A DNA stretch of 52,032 nt, from contig JAMXLL010000201.1 of assembly GCA_024281015.1 (NCBI GenBank), positions 1 to 52,032 on the forward strand, read 5' to 3'. The stretch's first letter is position 1. The number at the start of each line of letters is the position of its first letter. Positions 25,186 to 34,599 of this stretch are shown in pieces. Position numbers and translations under genes: made by a program. The notes beneath the pieces are model-generated. The model was not told where the DNA came from and searched no databases. It saw only the letters and a list, made by a program, of their open reading frames with translations. The DNA is from Candidatus Binataceae bacterium. Lineage in GTDB: Bacteria; Desulfobacterota; Binatia; Binatales; Binataceae.

Positions 25186-28100
25186 ATGATCAAGGCTTTA
25201 ATGGCCCTGGCGCTCCAGCAGCGCGCAGTAGTGATCGCAGGAGCGGTTCTTCTGCTGGTCGCGGGTGTGTATTCATTCAGCGAACTTGACATTGAGGCAT
25301 ATCCCGATCCGGTCCAACCGATGACCGAGGTGCTGACACTACCAACCGGCTATAGCGCCGAAGAGGTTGAACGTCTGGTCACGATCCCGACCGAGTATGC
25401 AATGAGCGGCATGCTTAATCTCAAGTCAATGGAGTCGATATCACTCTATGGCTTGTCAGACGTCCGCTTGTACTTCGACTGGGATAGTGACTACGAATTC
25501 GACCGCATTCAGACGATTAATCAACTCCAGTTTGTAACGCTCCCGCAAGGCATCATGCCGACGCTCTCGCCGGAAAACCCGATTGGGGAGATTTATCGCT
25601 ATCTCGTTCAGGGCCCCGACCACGACCTTGTCAGAGAAAAGGTGGTCGAAGACTGGATCTGTGAAAAGCAGCTTAAAACGGTGCCCGGCGTACTGGATGT
25701 GTCCGGCTTCGGCGGTCTGACCAAGGAATACCACGTCGATCTCGATCCGGCCAAGCTCACCCATTATGCAGTCCCGCTATCCCAGGTAATCTCGGCGATT
25801 CAAAACTCGAACACCAATGCCGGCGGAAGTTATCTCAATGTCGGCGAACAGGTATTCGATATCCGTGGCATCGGCCTCATCCATTCATTGGATGACATCC
25901 GGAACATCGTGCTGGCTACTAACAAGTCGACGCCGATTAAAACCTCCAACGTGGCCGATGTCTCGGTAGGGTGGGCGCCGCGCCTCGGCATCGTCGGGAT
26001 GAATTACCAGGACGAAGTGGTTGAAGGCATCGTGCTGATGCGCAAGCACGGCAACACTCTCAAGACCCTCAAGGGTGTTGAACAGAAAGTAGCCGAACTC
26101 AACAGCAGCGGTATGCTCCCGAAAGGGTACAAGATGGTGCCCTATTATGATCGTACCGGGCTGGTTTATACGACGCTGCACACGGTGCTGGAGAATCTCG
26201 CGCTCGGCATGGTGTTGGTATTCCTGGTGTTGCTGTTTTTCCTGGGGAATCTGCGCACCGCGCTTATTGCGGCAATTAATATTCCATTGGCGATGCTGGG
26301 CGCCTTTGTTCTGTTGTACTTGAGCGGTACACCAGCCAACCTGCTCTCGCTGGGAGCCGTGGACTTCGGCATCATCATCGATTCCACTATTATCGTCACC
26401 GAAAATATTTACCGTCATCTCACTACCGATGACCCGGCCATCGGCGACACGCTGACCAGCATCAGTCATGCGTCTGAGGAGGTTGGGGGGCCGATGCTCT
26501 ATTCGACCCTGATCTTCATTATCGCTTTCCTGCCGTTGTTCACGATGCAAGGAGTGGAGGGCGCGATCTTCTCGCCGATGTCCCACACCTATGCTTATGC
26601 ACTAATGATCGCGATTTTGCTCGCGGTCATGCTATCACCGGTCCTCAGCTCATTTCTGCTCCACCGCGGGATGACAGAAACCCACAACTTCGTGTGGGAA
26701 GCGCTGCGCCGGTTTTATCATAATCTCTTCTTCAAGGTTCTACGCTGGCCGCGTCTGACACTGTCGATAATACTGATTATAGTCATCGGGGGACTCTCGC
26801 TTTTTCCGTTACTGGGCGGTGAGTTTCTGCCGAAGCTCGAGGAAGGAAATATCTGGGCGCATGCGATAATGCCCTCTACAATTAACCTTCCGCGCGGTGC
26901 CAAGCTGGTCTCCCAAATGCGCCAGGTTTTCTTGTCATTCCCCGAAGTTGTGACGGTCGTCTCGCAACTCGGGCGGCCCGACGACGGCACTGAGACCACG
27001 AGCTTCTTTGCGGTTGAGTTCTCGGTAGATCTTAAACCGGCAGCAGAGTGGCCCGCTGGCATGACCAAGGCGGAGCTCGTCAGCGCGATAGACGCGAAGC
27101 TGCGGCGGCGCTTCCCGGGTGTTAGCTTTTCCTACTCGCAGAACATCGAGGACAATATCGATGAGGCGCTGTCGGGCGTAAAGGCCGGCGCGAATGTGGT
27201 CAAGGTCTTCGGACCTGACCTGGATACGGATGAATCGGCCGCCAATCGCATCGCGCATGTGCTTAGTAGAGTTCGCGGCGTGACCGACGTCTTTGTCTTC
27301 CGTTCGTTAGGACAGCCCAACATCGTGGTCGAGCCCGATCGTCAGGCCGCCGCACGCTATGGGCTCAACTCCGGTGACGTAGCAGCCATTGTGCAAGCAG
27401 CAATCGGCGGTCAAACCGTAACTCAGGTGCTCGAAGGTGATCGAAGCTTTGGTTTGGTGGTCCGCTGGAAACCCGAATACCGCAACGATCTGCAGGCGAT
27501 GCGCAATATTCGGGTGAACGTACCAACCGGCGGCAATGTACCGCTCGGCCAGATCGCGAAGGTCGAGACCTCGGAAGGTGCATCGTTCATTTACAGGGGA
27601 AACTTGCAGCGCTACGTGCCAGTGCGGTTCTCGGTGACCGGACGCGATCTGCAGGGAGCAGTTGCAGAAGTGAAGCAACGCGTTGCGGACGAGATTCGTC
27701 TGCCCGAAGGAACTCGCGTGGAATGGGTCGGCGAGTATGGAGAGCTGCAGGCGGCCAATCGCCGGCTAGCCGTTGTGATTCCGATCGCCCTGCTCCTGAT
27801 TATGGGAGTGCTGTATGCAGCGACCCTATCCGTCGTGAATACCCTGATCCTGATGGCCGAGGTCCCGCTCGCCTGTTTGGGCGGCGTTTTGGCGTTGGTC
27901 CTGACCCACACACCATTCAGCGTTTCTGCGGCGGTCGGTTTTATTTCAATCTTCGCCATAGCGATCATGGACAGCATCTTGCTCAACTTTTACATCCGCC
28001 AGCTCTGGCAGCAGGGATATTCAGTGCTGGATTCCATATTGATGGGCGCCGACCGCCGCTTTAGAGCGGTGATGATGACCGCTCTGGTCGATGGCCTGGG

Positions 28101-28308
28101 TCTGCTGCCGGCCGCCTTATCGACCCGCATTGGCGCACAGACTCAGCGGCCTCTGGCCATCGTGGTTATCGGCGGAGCTGTCTCGATTGCACTACTAACA
28201 CGGGTCAACCAGCCGACATTAATGTATTTGCTGCGCCGGCCACTCGGGCTAACCGATGAGCGCACCGGACCGCCGCCGCGTGGCTCCTTCGATGAACGAC
28301 AAGAGTAG
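25186..28308 (+). CDS. HME-family RND efflux pump (CzcA/CusA family)
   Basis: 1040 aa with 12 TM helices and two large periplasmic loops. TM4 signature AVDFGIIIDSTIIVTENI is typical of heavy-metal RND pumps. Confidence 0.95.
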   Translation: MIKALMALALQQRAVVIAGAVLLLVAGVYSFSELDIEAYPDPVQPMTEVLTLPTGYSAEEVERLVTIPTEYAMSGMLNLKSMESISLYGLSDVRLYFDWDSDYEFDRIQTINQLQFVTLPQGIMPTLSPENPIGEIYRYLVQGPDHDLVREKVVEDWICEKQLKTVPGVLDVSGFGGLTKEYHVDLDPAKLTHYAVPLSQVISAIQNSNTNAGGSYLNVGEQVFDIRGIGLIHSLDDIRNIVLATNKSTPIKTSNVADVSVGWAPRLGIVGMNYQDEVVEGIVLMRKHGNTLKTLKGVEQKVAELNSSGMLPKGYKMVPYYDRTGLVYTTLHTVLENLALGMVLVFLVLLFFLGNLRTALIAAINIPLAMLGAFVLLYLSGTPANLLSLGAVDFGIIIDSTIIVTENIYRHLTTDDPAIGDTLTSISHASEEVGGPMLYSTLIFIIAFLPLFTMQGVEGAIFSPMSHTYAYALMIAILLAVMLSPVLSSFLLHRGMTETHNFVWEALRRFYHNLFFKVLRWPRLTLSIILIIVIGGLSLFPLLGGEFLPKLEEGNIWAHAIMPSTINLPRGAKLVSQMRQVFLSFPEVVTVVSQLGRPDDGTETTSFFAVEFSVDLKPAAEWPAGMTKAELVSAIDAKLRRRFPGVSFSYSQNIEDNIDEALSGVKAGANVVKVFGPDLDTDESAANRIAHVLSRVRGVTDVFVFRSLGQPNIVVEPDRQAAARYGLNSGDVAAIVQAAIGGQTVTQVLEGDRSFGLVVRWKPEYRNDLQAMRNIRVNVPTGGNVPLGQIAKVETSEGASFIYRGNLQRYVPVRFSVTGRDLQGAVAEVKQRVADEIRLPEGTRVEWVGEYGELQAANRRLAVVIPIALLLIMGVLYAATLSVVNTLILMAEVPLACLGGVLALVLTHTPFSVSAAVGFISIFAIAIMDSILLNFYIRQLWQQGYSVLDSILMGADRRFRAVMMTALVDGLGLLPAALSTRIGAQTQRPLAIVVIGGAVSIALLTRVNQPTLMYLLRRPLGLTDERTGPPPRGSFDERQE

Positions 28309-28312
28309 CTCG

Positions 28313-29140
28313 ATGACGACCCAGGTAATTGCCAAAGCCCTGAGCGATGCTGAGATCGAGGAATACCTGGAATTCGCCTGTCGGGTCGCCGAGTTAGCCG
28401 GTCAAGAGATTCTGCCCCACTTCCGTTCAGGCCTTGGGGTCGAGAACAAGTCGACGGTTGACTACGATCCGGTCACGCTGGCGGATAAGCAAGCCGAACA
28501 GGTAATTCGCCGCGAAATTGCCCGTGCATATCCGACCCATTCAGTATTCGGCGAGGAATACGGGCGCAGCTCGGGTAGTTGCTCCCTCACGTGGATAATC
28601 GATCCGATTGACGGCACGCGGGGCTTCATGATGGGCCTTCCGCAATGGGGCACGCTGATCGCCTTGAACGACGGCATCCGGCCAGTGCTTGGAGTGATGC
28701 ATCAGCCTTTTGTAAAGGAGACGTTCATAGGCTCGCGACATGGAGCCTATCTTCGTCGAGCGGCCGAGTTGCGGCCCCTGCGCACCCGGCAGATTGATGA
28801 TCTCGGCGATGCCTCGCTGTGCGCGACTCATCCGGAGATGTTCAGGGAGGGGGCTGAGCGATCAGCCTTCGGACGAGTCGCGCGCCGATGCAAACAGACG
28901 CGCTATGGAACCGATTGCTACGCCTGGTGCCTGCTCGCGGCGGGACTGATTGACCTGGTAATCGAAACTCAGCTCAACCCATATGATATCCAGGCGGTAA
29001 TTCCGATTATCGAAGCGGCCGGCGGCGTGGTCACCAGTTGGTCGGGTCAACCTGCTTATGGGGGCGGCCAAGTGATTGCGGCGGGCGATCCGACTTTGCA
29101 TAGAACAGCGCTCGAACTGCTCGGCGACAGCAGCCCCTGA
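28313..29140 (+). CDS. Inositol monophosphatase-family phosphatase (IMPase/HisN-like)
   Basis: Motifs FGEE, WIIDPIDGTRGF and a WD.AA-like AWCLLAAG. Start is ATG at 28313 or 28292, immediately after or overlapping the RND stop. Confidence 0.85.
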   Translation: MTTQVIAKALSDAEIEEYLEFACRVAELAGQEILPHFRSGLGVENKSTVDYDPVTLADKQAEQVIRREIARAYPTHSVFGEEYGRSSGSCSLTWIIDPIDGTRGFMMGLPQWGTLIALNDGIRPVLGVMHQPFVKETFIGSRHGAYLRRAAELRPLRTRQIDDLGDASLCATHPEMFREGAERSAFGRVARRCKQTRYGTDCYAWCLLAAGLIDLVIETQLNPYDIQAVIPIIEAAGGVVTSWSGQPAYGGGQVIAAGDPTLHRTALELLGDSSP

Positions 29141-29196
29141 AGATGACGATCTCACCCTAAAATCATTAGAGGCCAGCCGAAAGCAGCCGGCCTTCT

Positions 29197-29547
29197 TCAG
29201 ATGTGCCGCGCTAATTCACTGCCAAGCGTGGTGCGGGCAACTGAGTTGAATTCGTGTTGCCATCTGGGGCCGTGGTCAATTTGCTCCTCGAGCGTTCGCA
29301 AGTGGGCCAGCTCGTGGACCAGCGTCTCGAAACTGTAATGGCCGGTGTTGCGTCCAACCAGAATCGTCTTGCTGCGCGCCAGTGTGACGCCACAAACCTG
29401 GCGCCCATGGACGCTCTGGATAACGGTTTTGCGCACCAGGTAGACTTTCCAACCCGAAGGCATCGGTTCCGGCCAAATCCGCGACCAGGTATGTCGCGCA
29501 ATTTCGGTAATGTTCCTTAGCCTGAGTAAACGTCTCGGATTGGCCAT
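29197..29547 (-). CDS. SprT-like zinc metallopeptidase-domain protein
   Basis: HExxH motif (LVHELAHL) followed by HGPRW, in a protein of about 116 aa. ATG at 29547. Confidence 0.55.
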   Translation of the reverse strand: MANPRRLLRLRNITEIARHTWSRIWPEPMPSGWKVYLVRKTVIQSVHGRQVCGVTLARSKTILVGRNTGHYSFETLVHELAHLRTLEEQIDHGPRWQHEFNSVARTTLGSELARHI

Positions 29548-29630
29548 GGCAGCAGGGTCCAGCAAATAGCGCCCAGCTTAGTTTCTGAAGGTGGTCAGTA
29601 TTGCTGGCCGCTGACAGGAAATCGTTGCCG

Positions 29631-30593
29631 TCAGTCGTCACCTTCGAGCGGATTTTTGATCAGGAATTGATTTGTCAGGTCGCCGGTCATCACCTCAGCG
29701 GCGTACTGATCGAGTGAATCGAGATCCCATCCGCCCGGCCGGGCCAGATTCCGGATTAACTCCGGTTCGGACCAGATTCCCACTTCTTCCCCGGCGACAT
29801 AAAATGAACGGCCGTTGACGTTCGCGGCGGCATCCGTGCATAGCCATACGACGAGTTCCGCCACCTTTTCCGGATGAGCTGGACGTTTGAAACCGCTTAG
29901 TCCACGATCACCCATCCAATAGCGTCCCATCGCTTTGACCATCGGCGCCCATTTCTGGAACACCTGCGCTCCCCATTCGCCACCGCCCGTGTTGACGGTG
30001 GCTCGCGGGCGAATCATATTGCAGCGGATCCCGAAACGGCCCTGTTCGCGGGCGACCGAGCGCGTCAGCCCGGCGATACCCTCCTTTGCCGCGGCGTACG
30101 CCGAGTTAAAGATCATCCCCAGCCCCGCTTCCGAACCGGTATTTACGATTACGCCGCCATTCTGACGCTTAAAGACCGGCACAGCGAATTTGATCATCGC
30201 AAACGACGCCTTTAAATGGCTGTCGAGCACGGAATGCCATTGCTCTTCGCTGAGCTTGTCGACGGGGTTGCCGGCCCGCAGTCCGGCATTATTGACGAGG
30301 ATATCCAAACCGCCGAACGCTTGAACTGCGACATCGACCGTACGGCGTGCCCCTTCCAGCGTTGCAACGCTATCAGTCGTGTGCAGCGCCTCGCCGCCCG
30401 CGGCAGCGATTTCATCAGCGACCTTCAATGCAGTGCTGGCACCCTCGCGGTCAGTGCCAATATCGCTCACCACAACCTTGGCTCCCTGGCGGGCAAAGAG
30501 CAGAGCTTCGCAGCGGCCAATGCCGCGCCCGGCGCCGGTAACAATCGCTCGCTTTCCGACCAGACGCTGCTTTGCGGAATCAGGCACGGTCAT
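29631..30593 (-). CDS. SDR-family oxidoreductase
   Basis: TGAGRGIG cofactor motif, NNAG, and catalytic Y-x3-K (YAAAK). Confidence 0.9.
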   Translation of the reverse strand: MTVPDSAKQRLVGKRAIVTGAGRGIGRCEALLFARQGAKVVVSDIGTDREGASTALKVADEIAAAGGEALHTTDSVATLEGARRTVDVAVQAFGGLDILVNNAGLRAGNPVDKLSEEQWHSVLDSHLKASFAMIKFAVPVFKRQNGGVIVNTGSEAGLGMIFNSAYAAAKEGIAGLTRSVAREQGRFGIRCNMIRPRATVNTGGGEWGAQVFQKWAPMVKAMGRYWMGDRGLSGFKRPAHPEKVAELVVWLCTDAAANVNGRSFYVAGEEVGIWSEPELIRNLARPGGWDLDSLDQYAAEVMTGDLTNQFLIKNPLEGDD

Positions 30594-30637
30594 TCTCCAC
30601 TATCATTGGCCTCGCGCGGTTGCGTATCCAATGCATC

Positions 30638-32050
30638 TTACTGACTGGCGCCATTTTTGGCGTCCGGTTTCTTGACGCCGAACTTGTCGAGCCGGTACTG
30701 CAGGGTCCGGTAGCTCATCCCCAGCATCTTGGCTGCCTTGGCGATCACCCAGTCGGCCTTGTCCATCGCCTGGTAGATGATATCTCGCTCAAGATGCTCG
30801 AAGTTAATCCCCTCTGGTGGAATCTCGAACCCGCCGCTGACGCGGGAGCGTTCAACGCGTCCGACCGCCTTGCGCTCACGCACCTCCTGCGGCAGGTCAC
30901 CGGGCATAATGCGGTCACCCTCGCATAGCAAGAGCGCCCGCTCAATGGCGGATTCGAGTTGACGCACGTTTCCCGGCCAGGAGTAGTCGAGCAGTACCGC
31001 CATCGCTTCGCGGCTGATTTCTTTGACACGGCCTGCGGCTAAATGGGCAAAGCGAGCTAATGCATGATTGGCGAGCAGGGGGATATCGGAAGGCCGTTCG
31101 CGTAAGGGCGGCAGCGTGATCGTGACCACGTTCACCCGATAAAACAGGTCCTCGCGGAAGCGGCCTTCAGCCACCTCCTCCGCGAGGTTACGATTGGTAG
31201 CAGCGATCAGCCGCACGTCGACTCTGATCGAGTCATTCCCGCCAACTCTTCGCAGTTCACGTTCCTGCAGTACCCGCAGCAATTTGGCTTGCACGCCACC
31301 GCCCAGATCGGCGATTTCATCGAGGAACAAGGTCGATTTGTCGGCGGTCTCGAACAGTCCGATTTTGCGCTCGGTCGCGCCGGTAAAAGCGCCCCGCTCG
31401 TGACCGAATAACTCATTTTCAATGAGATTGTCGGGAATCGCCGAACAGTTAATGGCGATAAACGGGCGTTGTGCGCGCGGCGACAGGCGGTGGATGGCGC
31501 GGGCGATCACTTCTTTGCCGGTGCCGCTTTCACCCTGGATCAGCACCGTGGAGTTGGAGGGCGAGACCTTGCGCACGATACGCATCATCTCGCGCATTGC
31601 CGAATCCTGCCCGATAATGCCTTCCACCGTCAGTTTGCCTTCGACTTCACTGCGCAGCAGCAGGTTTTCCTGTTTCTCGCGGGCCAGCTCGGCGGCTCTT
31701 GTCACGATCATTACCAGCGGCTCGCGGTCAACCGGTTTGGTGAGATAGTAGAATGCACCCCCCTTGATTGCGTTCACGGCGCTATCGATGGTGCCGAATG
31801 CCGTCAACACTACCACCTGCGTGGCGGGATACCTCTCTTTGACTTTGATCAGCAGCTCCTCGCCCGAGATGCCAGGCATCATCAGATCGGTCAGCACGAC
31901 GTCAAAGCGGCCAAGGCCGAGCAACTCCAGGGCGCGCTTGCCAAGCGCGGCCTCTTCGACCGCGAAGCCTTCTTCGCGCAGAGTTTCGGCAGTGATTTGC
32001 CGCTCGAGATCATTGTCCTCAACCAACAGTACCGAGGCTTGCTGCGTCAT
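30638..32050 (-). CDS. Sigma-54-dependent response regulator (NtrC/AtoC family)
   Basis: Receiver domain (VLLVEDND...DVVLTDLMMPG). GESGTGKEVIA, GAFTGA, VRQLESAIERA. C-terminal HTH (MSYRTLQYRLDKF). Confidence 0.92.
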   Translation of the reverse strand: MTQQASVLLVEDNDLERQITAETLREEGFAVEEAALGKRALELLGLGRFDVVLTDLMMPGISGEELLIKVKERYPATQVVVLTAFGTIDSAVNAIKGGAFYYLTKPVDREPLVMIVTRAAELAREKQENLLLRSEVEGKLTVEGIIGQDSAMREMMRIVRKVSPSNSTVLIQGESGTGKEVIARAIHRLSPRAQRPFIAINCSAIPDNLIENELFGHERGAFTGATERKIGLFETADKSTLFLDEIADLGGGVQAKLLRVLQERELRRVGGNDSIRVDVRLIAATNRNLAEEVAEGRFREDLFYRVNVVTITLPPLRERPSDIPLLANHALARFAHLAAGRVKEISREAMAVLLDYSWPGNVRQLESAIERALLLCEGDRIMPGDLPQEVRERKAVGRVERSRVSGGFEIPPEGINFEHLERDIIYQAMDKADWVIAKAAKMLGMSYRTLQYRLDKFGVKKPDAKNGASQ

Positions 32051-33522
32051 ATCGACTTGTGAATTCCTTCCGCCGGAAAAGTAAATGTCACGCTAGCGCC
32101 CGGCGGGGGTTCATTGGGGCTGATGCTGATAGTACCGCCGTGCTTCTCGACGATGGCCTTGGAGAAAAACAGGCCCAGCCCGATGCCTTCGCGCTTGGTC
32201 GTGTAAAACGGTTCAAAAACGTGTGCGGCTATCTCCGGATCGATGCCCGGACCGGTATCGGAGAATCGTACTGTGAATCGGCCATCGTTGCGGGCGAATT
32301 CGACCTTGAGCTGCCCGCCCTCAGGCATCGCCTGGGTGGCATTGGCAACAACGTTGACAAAGCAAGTTCGCACCTTCTCCGCATCGACATTGAGAATAGT
32401 TTGGACCCCTGTACCCTCCTCGATCACCTCGATGCCCTGGCTCTTGAGCTTCGATTCGCTAAGCGCCAGCACGCCGCCAACCAACTGCCGCAGGTCGGTC
32501 GGCGCTGGAAAAATCTCGATCGGCTGGCCGTAGTGGAGGAAGGTCTGCACCATCTCAGAAAGCCGCTTGATCTCATCCTTCATCATCCCCAGCTGGCGCA
32601 GGAAGTCTTCGCGCCCGCGCGCGAGCTGCGGGCCGTAGCGCATCCGCATTTGGTCGACTGCGAGGCTGATAAAGTTCAATGGATTCTTAATCTCATGAGC
32701 CAAGGCGCCGGCGAGTTGGCCCAGCGCAGTGAAGCGCTCAAGCCGATTCAGTTCAGCTTCCCTTTCGCGGGCGCGGCGCAATTGCGCCACCATCTCATTG
32801 AAACTGCGCGTAAGCAGGCCGATCTCGTCGCGCCGGCGTGATTCAGGAACCGGCTCGAGTCCATGAGAGGGGATATTTTGGGCCGCGTAGGCGACAGTGT
32901 GAATCGGTTTCACGTAGCGCTGCGCCAGTACATAGGCAAAAACCAATCCGACGGCGAAGATACCCAGCCCCAGCATGACGAGCCACAATTGATAATCCTT
33001 GAGAGGTTGCTCAAAATCGCCAAAATTGGCCAATACCTGAACGTAGCCTAGCAAATGGTCCTCGACCTCCACCGGGATGAAGTAGACGGTGCTCTGGGCG
33101 CCGGGCAGGCCCAGTTTGGCGGCCGGCACTGCAATCGGTTCGTTATGAGAGCCACGCCCGCGCAACGACATCAGCGTGCGCACAACCTCCGGATTAACCG
33201 CTTCGCCGATCAATTTGGGATTGGAGCTGTTGATGATGAGATCCTTATCCGAGGCAATCGACACCTCGAGACCCTGCGTTTGCAGGCGCGCTACGTAGTT
33301 CTGCAGCCGGTCGCGATCGGTCGCCTCGACGGACGTAAGTTCCTGCACGCTAATTTGAATCACGCTGGCCAGATCTTTGACCTTGCGCTGAGTGGTCCTG
33401 ATAATCGCTTCTTCTGCGCTCAGACTTACGACGACTTCTGCGCCGAGCGTCAGCGCGAGCAGAACCACCATCAGCAGGATAAGCTTGGCTTTTAGGTTAA
33501 GTGCAGGAAACACGCTTGGCAT
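32047..33522 (-). CDS. Sensor histidine kinase (2 TM, periplasmic domain, HAMP, HisKA, HATPase)
   Basis: H-box LAHEIKNPLNFI. N/G boxes (NVVANATQAMP, DTGPGIDP, GLGLFFSKAIV). ATGA overlap with the regulator gene. Confidence 0.9.
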   Translation of the reverse strand: MPSVFPALNLKAKLILLMVVLLALTLGAEVVVSLSAEEAIIRTTQRKVKDLASVIQISVQELTSVEATDRDRLQNYVARLQTQGLEVSIASDKDLIINSSNPKLIGEAVNPEVVRTLMSLRGRGSHNEPIAVPAAKLGLPGAQSTVYFIPVEVEDHLLGYVQVLANFGDFEQPLKDYQLWLVMLGLGIFAVGLVFAYVLAQRYVKPIHTVAYAAQNIPSHGLEPVPESRRRDEIGLLTRSFNEMVAQLRRAREREAELNRLERFTALGQLAGALAHEIKNPLNFISLAVDQMRMRYGPQLARGREDFLRQLGMMKDEIKRLSEMVQTFLHYGQPIEIFPAPTDLRQLVGGVLALSESKLKSQGIEVIEEGTGVQTILNVDAEKVRTCFVNVVANATQAMPEGGQLKVEFARNDGRFTVRFSDTGPGIDPEIAAHVFEPFYTTKREGIGLGLFFSKAIVEKHGGTISISPNEPPPGASVTFTFPAEGIHKSI

Positions 33523-33573
33523 CGTCGAATCGGGCCACGCCGTTGGCCATATAGCCAGAGCCGCGATTAGGCA

Positions 33574-34176
33574 CTAACGCGCGGGGCGACGCCCGTCGAG
33601 CAGCATCTGCGAGGCATAGAGGATGATGCAGGCGGCGGCCCCCAACAGCATCACCCGGTCAAATCCCCCAAGGTAGGTGCTCGCGGAATCGATTTGGTCG
33701 CCAAACAAGTACCCCAGGGAAACCGCGATGGGTACGGAGATGATGGCGCCCAGCGTGTCGTAGATAGCGAAGCGCCTGGGGGTCACTCCTGCCGACCCTG
33801 CGGCGAGATAAACCGGCGCTCGCACCCCTGCCAGAAAACGCGCGTAGAAGATCGCCATGTTCCCGTGGCGTTCCATGAATCCCTTAAGGCGTTCGATGCG
33901 CGGTAGAACTCGCGGACGCACCGAACCAAGATAACGCAATATTCGGGCGCCGAACCGGCGTCCGATGAAGAACAACGAATGGTCGCCCGCCACCACTCCG
34001 ATGAACGAAATCGCCAGTGTGGTCGGATATTGGGTGATTCCACGGTGAACCAGGAAGCCGCCCGTCAAGAGCGCGAGGTCCTCGGGCACCGGCAGACCCA
34101 TTCCGCACAGTAGAAGCACCATGAACAGGCCTGCGTAGGTGAAATGTTCAATGTAGCCGGAAACCAGTCCTGTCAA
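33574..34176 (-). CDS. DedA-family membrane protein
   Basis: DedA/SNARE-associated pattern (GLPVPEDLALLTGGFLV...FIGRRFG...ARFLAGVRAPVYLAAG). TTG at 34176 lies 2 nt after the upstream TAG, preceded by GGGGG, and gives a typical length of about 200 aa. Confidence 0.8.
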   Translation of the reverse strand: MTGLVSGYIEHFTYAGLFMVLLLCGMGLPVPEDLALLTGGFLVHRGITQYPTTLAISFIGVVAGDHSLFFIGRRFGARILRYLGSVRPRVLPRIERLKGFMERHGNMAIFYARFLAGVRAPVYLAAGSAGVTPRRFAIYDTLGAIISVPIAVSLGYLFGDQIDSASTYLGGFDRVMLLGAAACIILYASQMLLDGRRPAR

Positions 34177-34178
34177 AG

Positions 34179-34577
34179 CTAACCCCCGTTCGCATAACGC
34201 TGGCGCAATATCCCGCGAATTTGCTCCACCGGCGTTCCATTTTCGTAGAGCTGACCAGCGGTCACCGCCTCGCCCGTGCAGGTCGCGCACGTTGCGCCAT
34301 GATTAGACCGGAAGCAATCCAGCAGGTTCTTATGCCCTTCGTGTTGCTCACAACCACAGTAGCAATCGAGCTGGGCCAGCAAATCCGGGTGTTGTTGTGC
34401 GACGAGATAAGCCGCGTGAGTCTCGCCCTGGAACAAGTCCGGACTGAGTGTGAGGCTATTGGCGGCCGCATCTGCCGACGAGCGCAGCTGGTAGACCGCG
34501 ATGCCGGCCAGGCCGAGCAAGGCCGCGCTCAATACAGCGGCGACCAACCGCGCCGCACCATTGAATTTTCTCTCCAT
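34179..34577 (-). CDS. Membrane-anchored PCYCGC-motif Cys/His-rich protein
   Basis: N-terminal TM anchor (LVAAVLSAALLGLAGIAVY). Then DCYCGCEQHEGHKNLLDCFRSNHGATCATCTGEA. ATG at 34577. Confidence 0.7.
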   Translation of the reverse strand: MERKFNGAARLVAAVLSAALLGLAGIAVYQLRSSADAAANSLTLSPDLFQGETHAAYLVAQQHPDLLAQLDCYCGCEQHEGHKNLLDCFRSNHGATCATCTGEAVTAGQLYENGTPVEQIRGILRQRYANGG

Positions 34578-34599
34578 GTATGGGGTCCCTGCTGCACAA

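Noticed and set aside
25885-26586. 233-aa minus-strand ORF
   Set aside because: Antisense to the RND pump gene. Mirror-frame artefact.
29158-29190. Possible bidirectional terminator between the IMPase and SprT-like genes
   Set aside because: Only a 5-bp AGGCC/GGCCT stem with a 15-nt loop and a poor T-run. Too weak to call.
32059-32841. 260-aa plus-strand ORF
   Set aside because: Antisense to the second histidine kinase gene.
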